Assembly: GCA_900088475.1 (NCBI GenBank)
Contig: FLMG01000355.1
Location: 1-64,000, forward strand
Source of the DNA: Hyphochytrium catenoides
Lineage: Eukaryota; Protista; Hyphochytriomycota
Reading direction: 5' to 3'
DNA length: 64,000 nucleotides
This document shows, in pieces, positions 38,801-51,194 of this stretch. Each line of letters opens with the position of its first letter. Within the stretch, counting starts at the first letter, position 1. The translations under genes and the position numbers were made by a program. The notes under the pieces were generated by a model that saw only the letters and a program-made list of their open reading frames with translations, made no database searches and was not told the origin of the DNA.

Positions 38801-41800
38801 CGCACTGTGAAAGCGGCCGTTCCTGCTCTCTCACCCACGTCGAGCCCAAATGAGCTCTGAGAGAGTATGATCCTCGGATCTGCAGAGTGCACATCCATCT
38901 TGAACAGTAGGGACTCGTTCATACGTCGCGGATAACGATACTGTATTTCTACCTCGGTGTGAGCCGATTCTGTGATCGCTGGAGTGACGGTACTCAATTG
39001 CAGGCCATAGGGATAGTAGATCGAGAAAGGAATACAGATTGGCGCTGTCGCATTGATTGCCGCGTCGTCTGATCTTGCTGTGAAACAAAGCTGCTCGTAC
39101 AGCAACGGTCTGAATATTTCAGGCTCTGCGGCAAGTGACACTGTGATAATTCCTACTGCCGTCCAGTTGCTATGTGAGAAGCTGACAGACGGGGCTGCTG
39201 TCAGGCTCGCCAACGTATGAAGAGATGAAACCTCGACCAAGACTGAGGCGTTTGGAGCTTGATTCAGCTTTACGAGGACATCATGAGTGCTGCCCCCCAG
39301 TTGCGAAGTATAAGATGGCAAAGATGCGTGGATAATGGAGAGAACGTTGTCCGACGTGCCAGAACTAGCAAGAGTGCTAATCGGAGGAATGCAGCGATAA
39401 TAATCTCTGAAAGTGGTCCACTTTGTCCATTCCAGAATTGAGGAATGGCCGCAAATTGGGGAGGAGAAGCCTATTGAACCATCGTAGAGACAAAGGTCTG
39501 TTGCATAGCCCTTACATTCTCCGCTCCCAGTCAGTAGGAGCCTATTGGAAGCAGCATCGTAGTGGTGCCTGAAATAGGTTTAGATAAGTCAGATGCAGGA
39601 ACCATTGACCATTCCAACCAGTAAGCAACCTACCGACATACTCCCACTTGGCACAGAAGAGAAAACTCCGGAACACTGCAATCTAATGAGAGATTCGCCG
39701 GTGAAGTGCTAGGATAGGTAAACCCCTCTGCATTGTAACAGCTTTGGAGTTCAGAGAACTCTGGTACTGTGCTGTTGGCCGTAAACTGCAGCTCCAAGTC
39801 CATCGGGAGCTCCTTTGAAACGTCAATGGCTTGCACCGTGAAGAGGATGGGACGGTTGAGTCGGACAACTATCTCCGACGTATTTGGGTTCATAGACTGA
39901 ACCTTGATGCTGGTACTGCTTGAAACATTTAGTTGAACCAGAACTTCCTGGGCTGTCGTTTTTTTTGGAAGAAGCATTGCTTGCAGGAAAGCCGTTCTAT
40001 GAACGCGAGGATACGAAAGAGTTAGCGAATCATTTGATACGAGGAATTTTTTGTAGCTTACCCGTCCGTGGTTAGAACTGCTTGCACTTTAAGCTTCTTT
40101 ATGTCGTCATCGATGAGCCGGAGTCGTACTTGTTGCCTCGAGGTTATGGTGAGGACATTATTGGAGTGGTCCACTCCATAAGCCTGTAGATAAAATTCTA
40201 ACATAGACACTGTTCTAGAATTGACAATGGAGTCTTTATAGGACCTCAGGAGCATGGGGACCGCAGCCGTAGCCTCCAGCTCACCCCGCAAATAGATTGC
40301 AGAGAGTCCCCCGGGCACACACAGTGCTTTTTGGGTCACAGCCGCGGTGCAGAGGTCATAGGAGAGCCTTGGATCTACAAATACGGGAATCAAGGTCACG
40401 TATACCTTTGTGACGTCCATTGCTAGCCACTCAGGTCCAACAGGCGCTAGAAATAGGTCCCGGTGACCCTCCACTATCTTCATGCCATCAATAGACGATA
40501 GATCGAAGACGTCCAAGGCGGCCTTAGGTGCAACTGGCTGGAATGGGTTGCAGCCAAGGATACCTGCGGTTGTCATAAAGGGATATGGGCACCCAAGTTC
40601 AGGCAAAGCTAGAGCAACATTAAGGCAACCTCCATCAGCTGGATTAAGGAACTGGCAGTAGCGGCGCACGTAATCGAGGCATTCACTCGAATCTTGAACG
40701 CACGCAGGGCTGTGGCAAGGCGATATCGCGGTCCAAGTATCAAAAGGGCACCCGCTGGTGCTACCGAGGGCNNNNNNNNNNNNNNTTGTGTTGGCAGGTC
40801 ATACCATATTTCTCCAGTGTCAGTACGAGTGTATTGCAGTACGGACTGGTTGGTGCTAGGTGAGGAAAGAAGGATTGAACCATGAGCCGCAGCCTGCTCG
40901 TCGTACCAAGACACCTTTGACGTCGTACTATTTAGTGGGACGACAGAGACAGGTATAGAGTGAATGACTCCAGATACGTTTCTAAGGAAAAATCCAATCC
41001 GGTCTCCAAGCTCTAGAGTACCCAAAGAGGTCTCCCAGATTCCGGTGATGGCTCTATTGGGTTGCTCCGTGTTACCACCAGCACATGAGCAACATCTGCT
41101 TCCATCGACGATACCGATGATGACATTTGGATCTGTGATTGCCATGGTAAAGCTATCGTGCTCTGCAGAGAAGTTCATAATGAACTCAGAAGAAATGGAT
41201 TCACCGACAACTCTAGTAATCGTCCCTGATAGTGTGGAGCTTCCGTTGTGAAGCAAAGTATGGAGCACATACTCCGATCCCAGAATTCCTACCAAGCGAG
41301 TGAGCTTCAGGTCACCCATAGTTGTGTTCCAATGGATGCATTTGAGCCATGTAGGATCTGTAAAGTCCTTATATTCCGGCCCCAGAATAAGAGAATCATC
41401 CTGCTTGGTTCCCATAATGCTCTGCAAAGGTTGCGAGGAGTCTAGGACAAAATGACCTGTCAGCAATGTTCCCTCCTGATTGGCCACCTCTAGCTCCATG
41501 TAAATCGGATCTAGCGCCTCGTTTGATGAACCCATACCGTAGACCTTTGATCCTTGTGGACTATATTCGATGGTGAGGATAGATCGATGGCTGTTCGAAA
41601 GCTCCAAGGTCGCAATGTTACCAAGGACCTGGAGAAGGCCGACCGTAGTAGACCATACGCCGCTCAACCACCCTCTTACTCCCTCGCTAATCGTTGGGAT
41701 AGCAGCAGTCCTGTTTGCTGTCGTTGGACCAGGACATGCGGGGACATTGTAGGACATATCACCACTTTTGGTTTCAAAGCTGAGGCTGATTTCCTTTAAA

Positions 41801-44800
41801 GCATCTACAGAATCCACTGGGAGCTCGACAACAAGTTCATTCTTACTCGCGTTCGAAGAGCCAAAAATGGTGATAGGTTGGTTATCCACAAAGACCCTTT
41901 GTCCTGCTATGTCCAACACCGGTATAATTGTCACCTCCATATCGACAAATCGACTAAAGTCGATGGAAGCTTTGGTGGTAAAGTGACCTGATTCATTTAA
42001 GCTGATTCTTGGAACGACTGAAGCCCCTCTTTTCCTTACTACCTGGAAATGCAAGGGCTGCGAAGTACGCCCGCTGCTGTAGAGCAAGTCAGCCGAATCT
42101 TGCACTTGTAGATATATCTCGTCTATTCGAAGAAGGTCCGGAGAAGGAAGAGTCCCTACCATGACTGTGACCGTCTTTGGAATACCCCAGTCACTCTCCG
42201 AAAAGCTCACGCTGCTGGGAACTGATTGCAGGATGTCAGACTTTGCTTTCACTTGTAACACGACTGTTCCGCGCGGTGGTTGGGGTAATTTGAGGCTAAC
42301 GTTAATGCTAGAGTCCTCAGGTATCGTTGTGAAGTCAAGGCCATACCCTGACGTTGAGCTAAAGGAGACGAGGAAATCTGGCGAGCTGATACTTCTCATC
42401 GCTACCGGTTCTAGACAAGCAATGAGGGTTGTGCTGAGCATGCTTTTCCACTTCTGTATTTGAGGGTCATGGCAGCCGACTTCGCCAGAAAATTGAGGAG
42501 AGGAGCAGAAGTTCACTACGAACTGTTCGCAAGAAGTTCCCCACTTCTCCGAATGTCTCTCTCGTGCTTGACTGTGGCATGGCTTGTAGGCGCAAGGTGA
42601 AGAGCCTGGCCCATTTGTTTGAAACGGGCATGTTCTGCCTCCTGGTCCCCAGCCAAAAAAGTTTCTATCCTTCCAGGTTGATCGCGCGTACGGTGGAGAC
42701 AATGAACATGATGTAAGGTTAAAGCTAGGATCCGAGCTCTCTAAAGCTATTGCCACTCTCCTGGTAGCATTGCCGCTATAAACCTTTACTCTGCGGGGTA
42801 GGTACCATGCTTCTGATGAGATCGACAACGCACTGGATAAAATTGGGCTTCCTGCTCCTTCAGGGATCTGTTCCAGACCGTAGTATAGCGTTGTTTTGCC
42901 TTTGGGCGGGACTAGAGCCCGAATCTCCAGCTCCAGCTCCTCGCTATGCTCTGTGGTGGGCACATGGACAACCCTGACTGGATATTGCTCCCGTATCCAG
43001 ACAAGGAAATGCAGGTCTGTCGTGTGGATGTTTAATGTAGGATCATCGCTAGCCACGTGGAAAGAAAGCGTCTCCAAGACCCAGGGCGCGGAGGGAGTCT
43101 CATCAAGCCCCATCACCTCGAGGGTCAGGAGCACGTTCTGGGACTGGTTGTATTGAGTCCACACAATTTGACTGTGATCACCCTTTAATTGAAGCCTACC
43201 AGTAGCAGAGGTCATGGTAGTCGAAATGGTGTATGTAGATCTAAGATGTAGGCTGAGTTTGATCGGAATTGCAGAGGCTGATGACAACACTCCGCCGTCC
43301 TCAAGCCCGTCAATCGTGAGCACTTCTGGAAGAGGCGGGAGAGTAAGTTGCAATGGCTCATAGCATGCATCGCCCTCTCTATAGGAAGGAATGAACTTCT
43401 CATCCTCACTTTCGCTATATCGTACTCCTTCCCAAGCGCAGGCTGGATCAATATTGGACCGACAGAAGCCCTCCAATAGTTCCTCACAAAAGGAGGAAGT
43501 GTAAAAATGTGTGCCATTGCCGCACAGGTTGAAGGTACAGGGATCAAAAGCGCTACTACCAGAAGTAGGACATGGGACAATAGTTCCTGCTTTCTCCGTT
43601 GAGCTTTCCCAATCAGTGCGATGCTCCCAAGCAGGACTTTCATCATTGGTGTTGTCAAGGATGGCCTGGCAAACCGTAGAGTTGAAGTTGATGCTGGAAA
43701 CATTATAGAGTGGATCCCCGCTAACTGCAAAAAAGTGAAGCTGGAGTTTGGGAGTCACTGATGCAAATGACAGAGACTCTAAATCAAACCTGACCTCTGA
43801 AGACCAGTTGTCAGGGGTTACTACGGTCGTGAAGAGTACCTCTTCCTCGCGAGGTCCTTCTCCTGCATCAAGAATAGTATCTTTCCAGTCTGGGGTTTGG
43901 GAGACGTAAAGATTCAGAGAGACTGACGTGCTGGGCATGACAGTAGGTCGAACTGATAGACTTCGCCTTTGGGTGATATTGTTCATCACAATGTTGGCAC
44001 GAAAGGGTATTCTTGGTCTACGAACCCGAAAGCGCACAATGCTGGAGCCGCTTGTCGTAGCACCGTTAGAAGGCGCTAGAGAGAGATTTAGGCCCCCAAA
44101 TGCGGGCCCGTTGAATACAATAGCGCTTGCGCTTTGGCTTGAGAAATGTATCCGAACCAGCTGGGTTCTGTTCCAGGTAGAGGATGTGAAATTGAGGCTC
44201 GATGAGCTCACACTTCCTAGTCCATTACCGAAAGGAGAGAGGGTGGCGCTGACCGCTGTAGTGCCAGCCAACTCGTGACGGAGTTTAACGCCTACAGAAA
44301 GGAAAGACCCTAACTCGACTGCCATACCATCGTAGGCGCCCTCTATGATGAAAGGATCGCTGCTAGAAGGTGAACCGTCCATTTTTATCATCCCACTTGA
44401 ACCTGTGAGATTAACGATAATGGGACTAAGGCAGCCTGGCTCAGACATCTGTTGTACTCGCCCAATAACAGCCTTGGTGGCATCTTGGGAACAGCTTGGA
44501 TGAGACGGATCGATATGACTGCAGAATCTTGCAATCTGAAGCATGCAAGGCAGGGATAGTCTAGAGCACCACCCCAGCGTGCCCGGCGGTAAGCACTCAT
44601 TCCGGCTGCAGATGCCAAGTAGGCAAGGGTTGTTCGAAGACATAGCGCTCTGAGTATTTGAAATGGGACACTGCTCAGAAGAAGAGCCAGCAGTTGGCGG
44701 TTCAGGCCATGCAGTAGGACAGGAAGATAGGATAGGAGCGGAGGAGTCACTTTCATGCATTGAAAATACCACCTCGCCAGGTGTAGAAATTGAAGCGTTA

Positions 44801-47800
44801 GTTGAGTCAGCCAAAGCAGAGCGGCGCAGAGCAATCGTAACAGAAGCCTGAGAGTGGTCCTCAAAGCGAAGAGTGGCAGTCCTGGCAGTGCTGCTTTCAG
44901 TCATGAGTCCCCCTCCGCTTAAGAAATGTTCCATATCTAACAGTAACGAGAGCGAGGTGTCCAACCGTACTGAGACAGGATATACCGGTTGATATGCTAG
45001 AGCCAAGGTTAAGAGTACGTCCTCTTTCCACGGCGAGCTTAGAAGTCTCCTCTTGATGGAAGGCTGCGTACTATCGCGAATATAGTATGTCCGCTGAAGG
45101 GTTCTTTCTACGGTTCCGTCCATAGACACGGCTCTTATTAGTAAGCTGTCTAGATAGATGGGCCGCTGCTCTAATCCATTGTCTCGGCATCCAAAGTGGA
45201 CTTCAACGGGCTGAGACCAGTTGTTAGAGGAGAAAGTAATCGGAAAGTTCACGTGCGGGAAGACTAATAAGCCGTAGAAAGGCGATACATGCAGCTGCCA
45301 TCCTCCGGCCATCGAAAGAGGCTCCGCAAATTGTATCATCATGGTGTAGAGACTGCCCTCCTTTAGTGTGCTGCCATCCATGGGCATGTCAACCACCAGA
45401 GGATATGAATGCAAGCTGTCTAGCGAAGGTGATGGCGTTAGCCAGACTGCGTCGTGGAACTCTTCCCTAAGTTCATAACAAGTACTGCTATTCTCAGTCG
45501 CAGTGATTTGACATTGATGCCGCAAGTCCTCTGCGGGACATGTGGCTCCGTGGATTAGCAACCTAGGGACCCCAAGCGCAGGTTCAGCTTCGTATGTGAC
45601 CTGTCGGTAAGCAGTGGGACCGTAAATCAGTTAAAGCAACAAAACATTACGCCTGGGACACACCTGCAGATACGAAACAGCCGATTTCGTTGTCGCTTCA
45701 TTCGTCTCCAAAGGTTTTCTAAAAGTAGCTTCATCTGTGAGGTAGGTCACTGAGAAGTTCTTATACATAGCTGGGTTGTCAGCCGTAATACTGTAGTCTA
45801 AAGGACGTAGAAACTCTCTGGAGAGCGAGACTTGCACCAGATGTGTCTCTAAGGACCCGTTCGTAGTTAGTTGCGGTGCGCTCCCTTCAAATCTGACTGC
45901 CTGAACTTCAAATGGTGGAAGGGTAGTGTGGCCGCGGAAAAGTGCCACAAGGTTAGACCTACTTTGATTGAACAAGGCATCCTTTGACTGTGCCTGGAAG
46001 AAAACTCCATCCACAAAAACATTCTGTCGCCAGTCGCTTTCTTCGAAGGGCTGTTCTCTTGCCGTCCTATAGACCAACAATCCGTACTGCAATTCACTCC
46101 AATTCTGAGGACTAAATATGAACACTTGCTGACTTTCCGTATCCATTGCAAAGGTACCAGCTAAGCTTGTGAACACGACTTCAACAACTTCGGTTGGCGC
46201 GTAAAGTAGATGCACCTGAAAGGCGATGGTGTGGTTAACTAAAGCTGTCTGGGGGTTACTCGTCGTTTGAGTAGAGAAAGAAGTATGCAGTAGTGCCTGC
46301 CCCTCCGAGCTCTCATACGAAAGCGGTGTCTCACAAATTCCGGTCGGGGCATCAACATCGCGGTCCGCGAGATACTGCCTACATGCCTCTGATTGAGCTA
46401 TTGGAGCTGAGTAGGTACAGTACATTTTTATGAAAAGGGAACAGTCTCCTGAGCCGAAGTTCTCAATGCAAGGCTTGTGCACACATGGAGAGAATGGACT
46501 TGAGTCCATGTAGAACGGACATTTGCTTTCAACCCCTGTCCTGTCTTCGCCGTACGTAGGATGACTCTTGGGCCGTGATTTCAACATAGGGCAGGGGTAA
46601 GAGTGCCCCCCAGCATCGTGGTACGAAAAGGCCAACTGGTTCCTATTCCTAATGCTGTCACCGAGATCGTCAAAGCGCCACATTCTAGTCAAGCTGAGGA
46701 CACGTTCTATATGCCAATTGTCCGAGGTGAAGGTTAAACTAGAAGAAAGCACTCTCGCACCCACTTCTTCCATCAGAACTTGAAACTCAGAGGTGATGTT
46801 AACAGTGGCGGTTCCTGATGGCGCCCTCCGCAACTGGACTCCGATCATAGTGGTAGCTCCAGTCGAAGATATAACTCTTGCACTGACGAAAGATGACGAC
46901 GAGTCACGTATCCGGAGTGGAAGCACTGTCTCCTCTACCATAAGGTCGTCTGTCATGTCGTGAACACTTATGGTTGCTACCGACCAGGTCTCCGCTAGCG
47001 ATGAAGCCGTTGAAGCGCTGCTGGGAAGTGGGATTGTGACTAAAGCTTCAAATAGACTATTCCTCCGCGGCATTATTAGGGTTGCTTGCAAGTTGACATC
47101 ATGTGAAAAGGCAACCCAAGCCTGGAGGTGTCTAGCTGCGAGGTCCTTATTCCCGTCTTCGTCATTGAACGTTGGAACGCAATAGATGCTATCTTCATAG
47201 GTGCCCTGGACATGCAGGTTGACGCCTAAACCGCCCAAGAGCAACACCTCCTCTGTTCCCTCAAGAAGGACTGAGGTAGTCATCTCTCCTTCTGCTGTGC
47301 TAACCGCGGCTGCAGAGACTTTAATTTCTTTGGACGATGGCTGCATGGAGAAATGGGAATAGTCAGAGAAGAATGTAGGGCGTCAAGGAGAGAAGTCTAA
47401 TCACCTTCCACAGCCAGACTCCTAGCGGTCTTGTGGAATCTGCGACGGAGGCATTCCATGTACAGGATTGGGTTTGCAGTCCGCATCTGGAGAAATAGTA
47501 AGAGCCACTTGCGAAACCAAGGTCATCACTTTGCGAACTGTTGATGACCGGTGTTGGTGGGCTCTGCGGCCAACAATTAGTCTCCAGAAAAGGAGACATC
47601 GGCCCTTCCCAGTGCAATGGAACCAAGAGCTCTTGGTCCCCCAACTGGTAGCCAGCTTGCAGTCTTTTGACGACAGGATTATAGTCCATGGCTCTGGTCT
47701 TCACAAACCTAACAGGAAGAACAGCAGAAATAAGAACAAAAGGGACATGGGAAATTTTGAACAGGATGAGAGAGAGGAGAAAGGGACTCTGAGATAGTTG

Positions 47801-48418
47801 AAACTACTCATCATCTTGGGCTTACTCTTGATGCATGTTTTTCTTAGTTCCAATTAGAACTCCAGCCCCAGGAGTCACCAAAAAGTTCTTGACTGTTAAA
47901 GGCTGTGTGATAGACTGCCCTTCCCCTTGCGAGTCACACTGGTAAGCGTGCAGCAGCTGGATGTTTATATAAACCTCCATAGGATATTGACTCTTGAAGA
48001 GAACATTGCAAGTCAAAGAATCTGATTCTAGAGTAGAGTTCACAGGAGATACTGCGTGCTCCAACAATGTTGGCCCTGCCCACTGATGAGCGTCAAAGAG
48101 GCGGAGCTGCCTGGCAGACTTTAGGGCTTCAACAGCAGCCGCTTTCGGTCGTGTGCGAAACCACACACCTTTCTCGTTTGGATTGCCCAAGAAGATGTCC
48201 GTCACGCTGCTTGAGATCTCATAGATTAGGTCCAGATCGTAATCGTAGTGAGGGACCCCATCAATGCAGCGTGATATTCTTGTCCAGTCATGAAGATTTG
48301 GCTGGCAAACCTCGGAAGCTTGAACAAGTTGAACATTCCGCGGTGCCAACAGCAGTAAACAACAACTGTACAAGGCCAAAAGGGCCACAAGGCTTCTTGG
48401 ATTGTCATGGGACACCAT
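26855..48418 (-). CDS. Giant polycystin-1/REJ-GAIN-like cell-surface protein (~6,500-6,800 aa): signal peptide, Calx-beta-like repeats with Cys-rich inserts, REJ, EGF, 2xTSP1, EGF, GAIN/GPS, 5 PKD1-like TMs with an embedded tetraspanin and IQ motif
   Basis: Contiguous minus-strand ORFs joined by GT-AG introns and two N-gaps. Signal-like [25 protein letters not shown]; REJ ([36 protein letters not shown]...[12 protein letters not shown]); TSP1 ([20 protein letters not shown]); GPS (CRYWD....W...G...[10 protein letters not shown]); TMs ([10 protein letters not shown]...AVFYG; [14 protein letters not shown]...DLFIKEP). An alternative in-frame ATG lies at 48523. Confidence 0.85.
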
Positions 48419-49549
48419 CTTAGGACTAGGTAGGGGATACCACCTGCTGATCTGATAAGGCAGTTTACAGGCGGATGATGGCGAAGACCTAGTGTGTTCT
48501 TCACCTACTGTAGTCCATTTCATTTCACTTCTTGGGTCTTAGCCTCTAGCCCAAGCCCGTCTACGATGGTGATTAGTCTCAGAGCATGACTTCTGTGAAC
48601 GTCCCACCGAGCGACCCAACAGCGTACTCCAACCAGATTGGAGGGAAATGAACTTTAGTGAACTTTATAGCATCTCCTCAGAGCTTAAGTGTTCCTTGGT
48701 ACTGAGGTAATTTGTGTGAGGGCTGGAAAATGTGTTCATCAGGCTTTTAGGGGTCAGGATACCACGAAAAATCGAATGAGATGCAGCGGCACTTTACGTA
48801 GGTCTAATCGGGAAATAGTGGAGCATCAGCATCAAGAATCCACTAGGACGCGCGGATCAACAAACGACGAGAAGTGTTTGGCCTGTGATGAAGAATTGTG
48901 GGAGAAGGAGTATGAATATGTTGGGTATGTCACTACGAGACGGCAGGGGTTTAGAGCTGGACGGCATAATTAGTAGGCCAAACGAAGCAAGGTAAATGAG
49001 AGGCTTCCTCTACAGTAAAAGACAAAGAGACCATTCAGCAGTAGTAATAAGCAACAAGAGGTCGAAGCAGGAGAAAGAGAAGGGCGGGTTGTGGGCATGA
49101 AGGGGCGCTGTGCGTCGGTGGATGAGTTCGACAGCAGACAGGAAGGCGGGCGGGTGCCTCCGAGCCTCCAGAACACTGGAGATCTTTCCGCTTGACCTTT
49201 CAGCTTTATGCGCGGAAACGGCTGATGGTGGGGGGTCGAGACAGTGATTTAGCTAGAGTACTGTTAGCTGTTGTAGTAGTTGGTGGAGAATACGGTTGTA
49301 CATACATGGCCGACTGTACTTGCTCTATTTCAAGTCAAAGTAGACAGCAGACAACAGTCATTCGGTTGGCGACGGGGGGAAGCGGTGGGCGATTGTTGTT
49401 GTTGTTATCTAGCAGCTCTTCTTCCAGCAAGAAGCAGCATCCCTATGATGGACGAAGCACGTCAAAAGAATCTTCGTCTACGCAGCAGTATAATACAGTA
49501 GTAGCAAGTACTGTCGGCAACCCCACCACCAACATGAACAACGAACTGG

Positions 49550-50640
49550 CTGGTGGTCAAGTCCACCACCACAAAGATGATCTCCTCCAGCTTCACATAC
49601 TTTACACAAAGGTTAACACAGTAACAAGCTTCCTCTCGTTATCTACGACGAAGAACCACCTAGCACTTATTGCTGAGATGACCCTTCTTCTCGTTGTCCT
49701 CAACAACAATAGAGCACCAGAAGAGTTCATGCTGCCTATTATTATTTATGACCGACCGCTTTATAATAATCAAATTGGAGCTAAAATAACAATAAAGTAC
49801 CTGGGATGATGGCCATCGACCCTAACGATAACAAGTACACATATTATGAGATGAAGGGATGTATAATAACTAATGGGAACAAGCAAAAGGAGAGAAGAGA
49901 TAATGAGCGTGCAAAACTCAAGAAGAAGAAGAAGCCTCATCAACTCTCCCTCATCAAATTTCTTTCTACAGAGAGACTGCAAAAACCAGAGAAGTAATAT
50001 CTCTGTCTCTATATATACGTTAACACCAACATGGTGGTGATGACTGGCATAAAAAGACTAGTCCTCGATGATGGAGATCAGATAGATCTACAGTGTCAAG
50101 GTAGGACAAACATTAAGGAGTCTCGTTCACAACCAACCACAGCAGCTTTTTCTTTTTCCCTCCTCAGGGCATCATCAACATACCAAGAATCCTTGTTGCT
50201 TATTATGCCTATATTATTATCTTCATTTTGCGAAGGGAAGCCGACAACAAGAAGGACCTGGATGCACTTCTTTTCTTTGACCCTCTACTACCGTTCTTTG
50301 AACTGCAGGAGGCTGCTGGATGATGATAAGGCAAAGTCATCGTCGGGACGAATGAAATGATCTCCTCTATAAAATAATTAGGCCCCTGCCTTCTTTCTCT
50401 ACTGCCTATACCCGATACACCATAAAAATAGTAGTAATAATGGCTTGCCGCTCCTTTCGCTAATGTGCCCATCCACCCCACTCACTTGCTTATACCGGAC
50501 TCAAAAGAGTGATCGGGGCGGGTGGGAAGGGCCTTTCATGAGATATTGGTTAGAACCAAGGATTTTTATAATAAAAATCATCACAAAGCCCATCAGTTTC
50601 GATGATGAGTTCTCAACACCTCTGTGGATAGAGAAAATCT
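49550..50640 (+). pseudogene. Possible highly degraded DEAD-box helicase relic (Dbp5/DDX19-like)
   Basis: Collinear degenerate motifs across broken frames: IKRLVLDDGD (motif II-like, 50049-50078), TAAFSFSL (III-like), GKVIVGTN (V-like, 50330-50353) and TCLYRTQKSDRGGWEG (VI-like, 50484-50531). The region is AT-richer than its flanks. Confidence 0.4.
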
Positions 50641-51097
50641 ACAGTAGCTCTAGTTCCCATTGAGCTGTTTCTTCCTGCTGTCTTCTTCGCTGGCTCTCTG
50701 TCAGATCGCTCATACTCATTCTCGCGTATAAGCTCTGCGTGGTTCCTATAAAAGCGGCATGTGAGCGAAGCGCAGGAGGCAGGTGAGCAAAAGGAGCAAA
50801 AAGTACTTCAATCTCCTCCTTGTCCACAAGGCGACTCCCCTCAATTGTCCTCCTGCTGCCATCCTCCTGCCTGGAAGTCGGAGCAAGTTGGTTTCTTTCA
50901 AACGGATTGACATCTATCGAGAACCTAGGCTGGCCTTCTTCAGCCACTTCTCCTCGTGCGAGGTTTATAGCTTTGTTATATGTTAGCCGCCCCCCCCGTC
51001 GATGCACGGGCTGATTGCTCAAGAAATCATACATCCCTATTCGTCGGTGCGTGTGCGAGGGTTGTGACTTGCCGCAGCTGGTGATAAGAGTGAACAC
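50639..51097 (-). CDS. Hypothetical ORF (152 aa), divergent from the transporter gene
   Basis: Open frame with plausible composition only. No motif recognised; may be non-coding. Confidence 0.2.
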   Translation of the reverse strand: MFTLITSCGKSQPSHTHRRIGMYDFLSNQPVHRRGGRLTYNKAINLARGEVAEEGQPRFSIDVNPFERNQLAPTSRQEDGSRRTIEGSRLVDKEEIEVLFAPFAHLPPALRSHAAFIGTTQSLYARMSMSDLTESQRRRQQEETAQWELELL

Positions 51098-51194
51098 TAT
51101 TAGAAGGAAAGTGCAGATCCGGGAGCAAGGGTCTGTCGGCTAAGAAAGTTACTTTGGGCCTCTGTCCCATCAGTGCTTGCTCTGCGCCAGCGAC

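Noticed and set aside
37827-40785. Programmed frameshifts or pseudogenisation in the giant gene
   Set aside because: Both frame changes coincide with N-gaps (37827-37852 and 40772-40785) of estimated length. Coding sequence resumes with a proper Cys module after each, so they are assembly artefacts.
33061-47797. Numerous plus-strand ORFs of 60-165 aa opposite the giant gene, and similar antisense ORFs over other genes
   Set aside because: These are shadow ORFs of the coding strand, with no motifs or independent gene structure.
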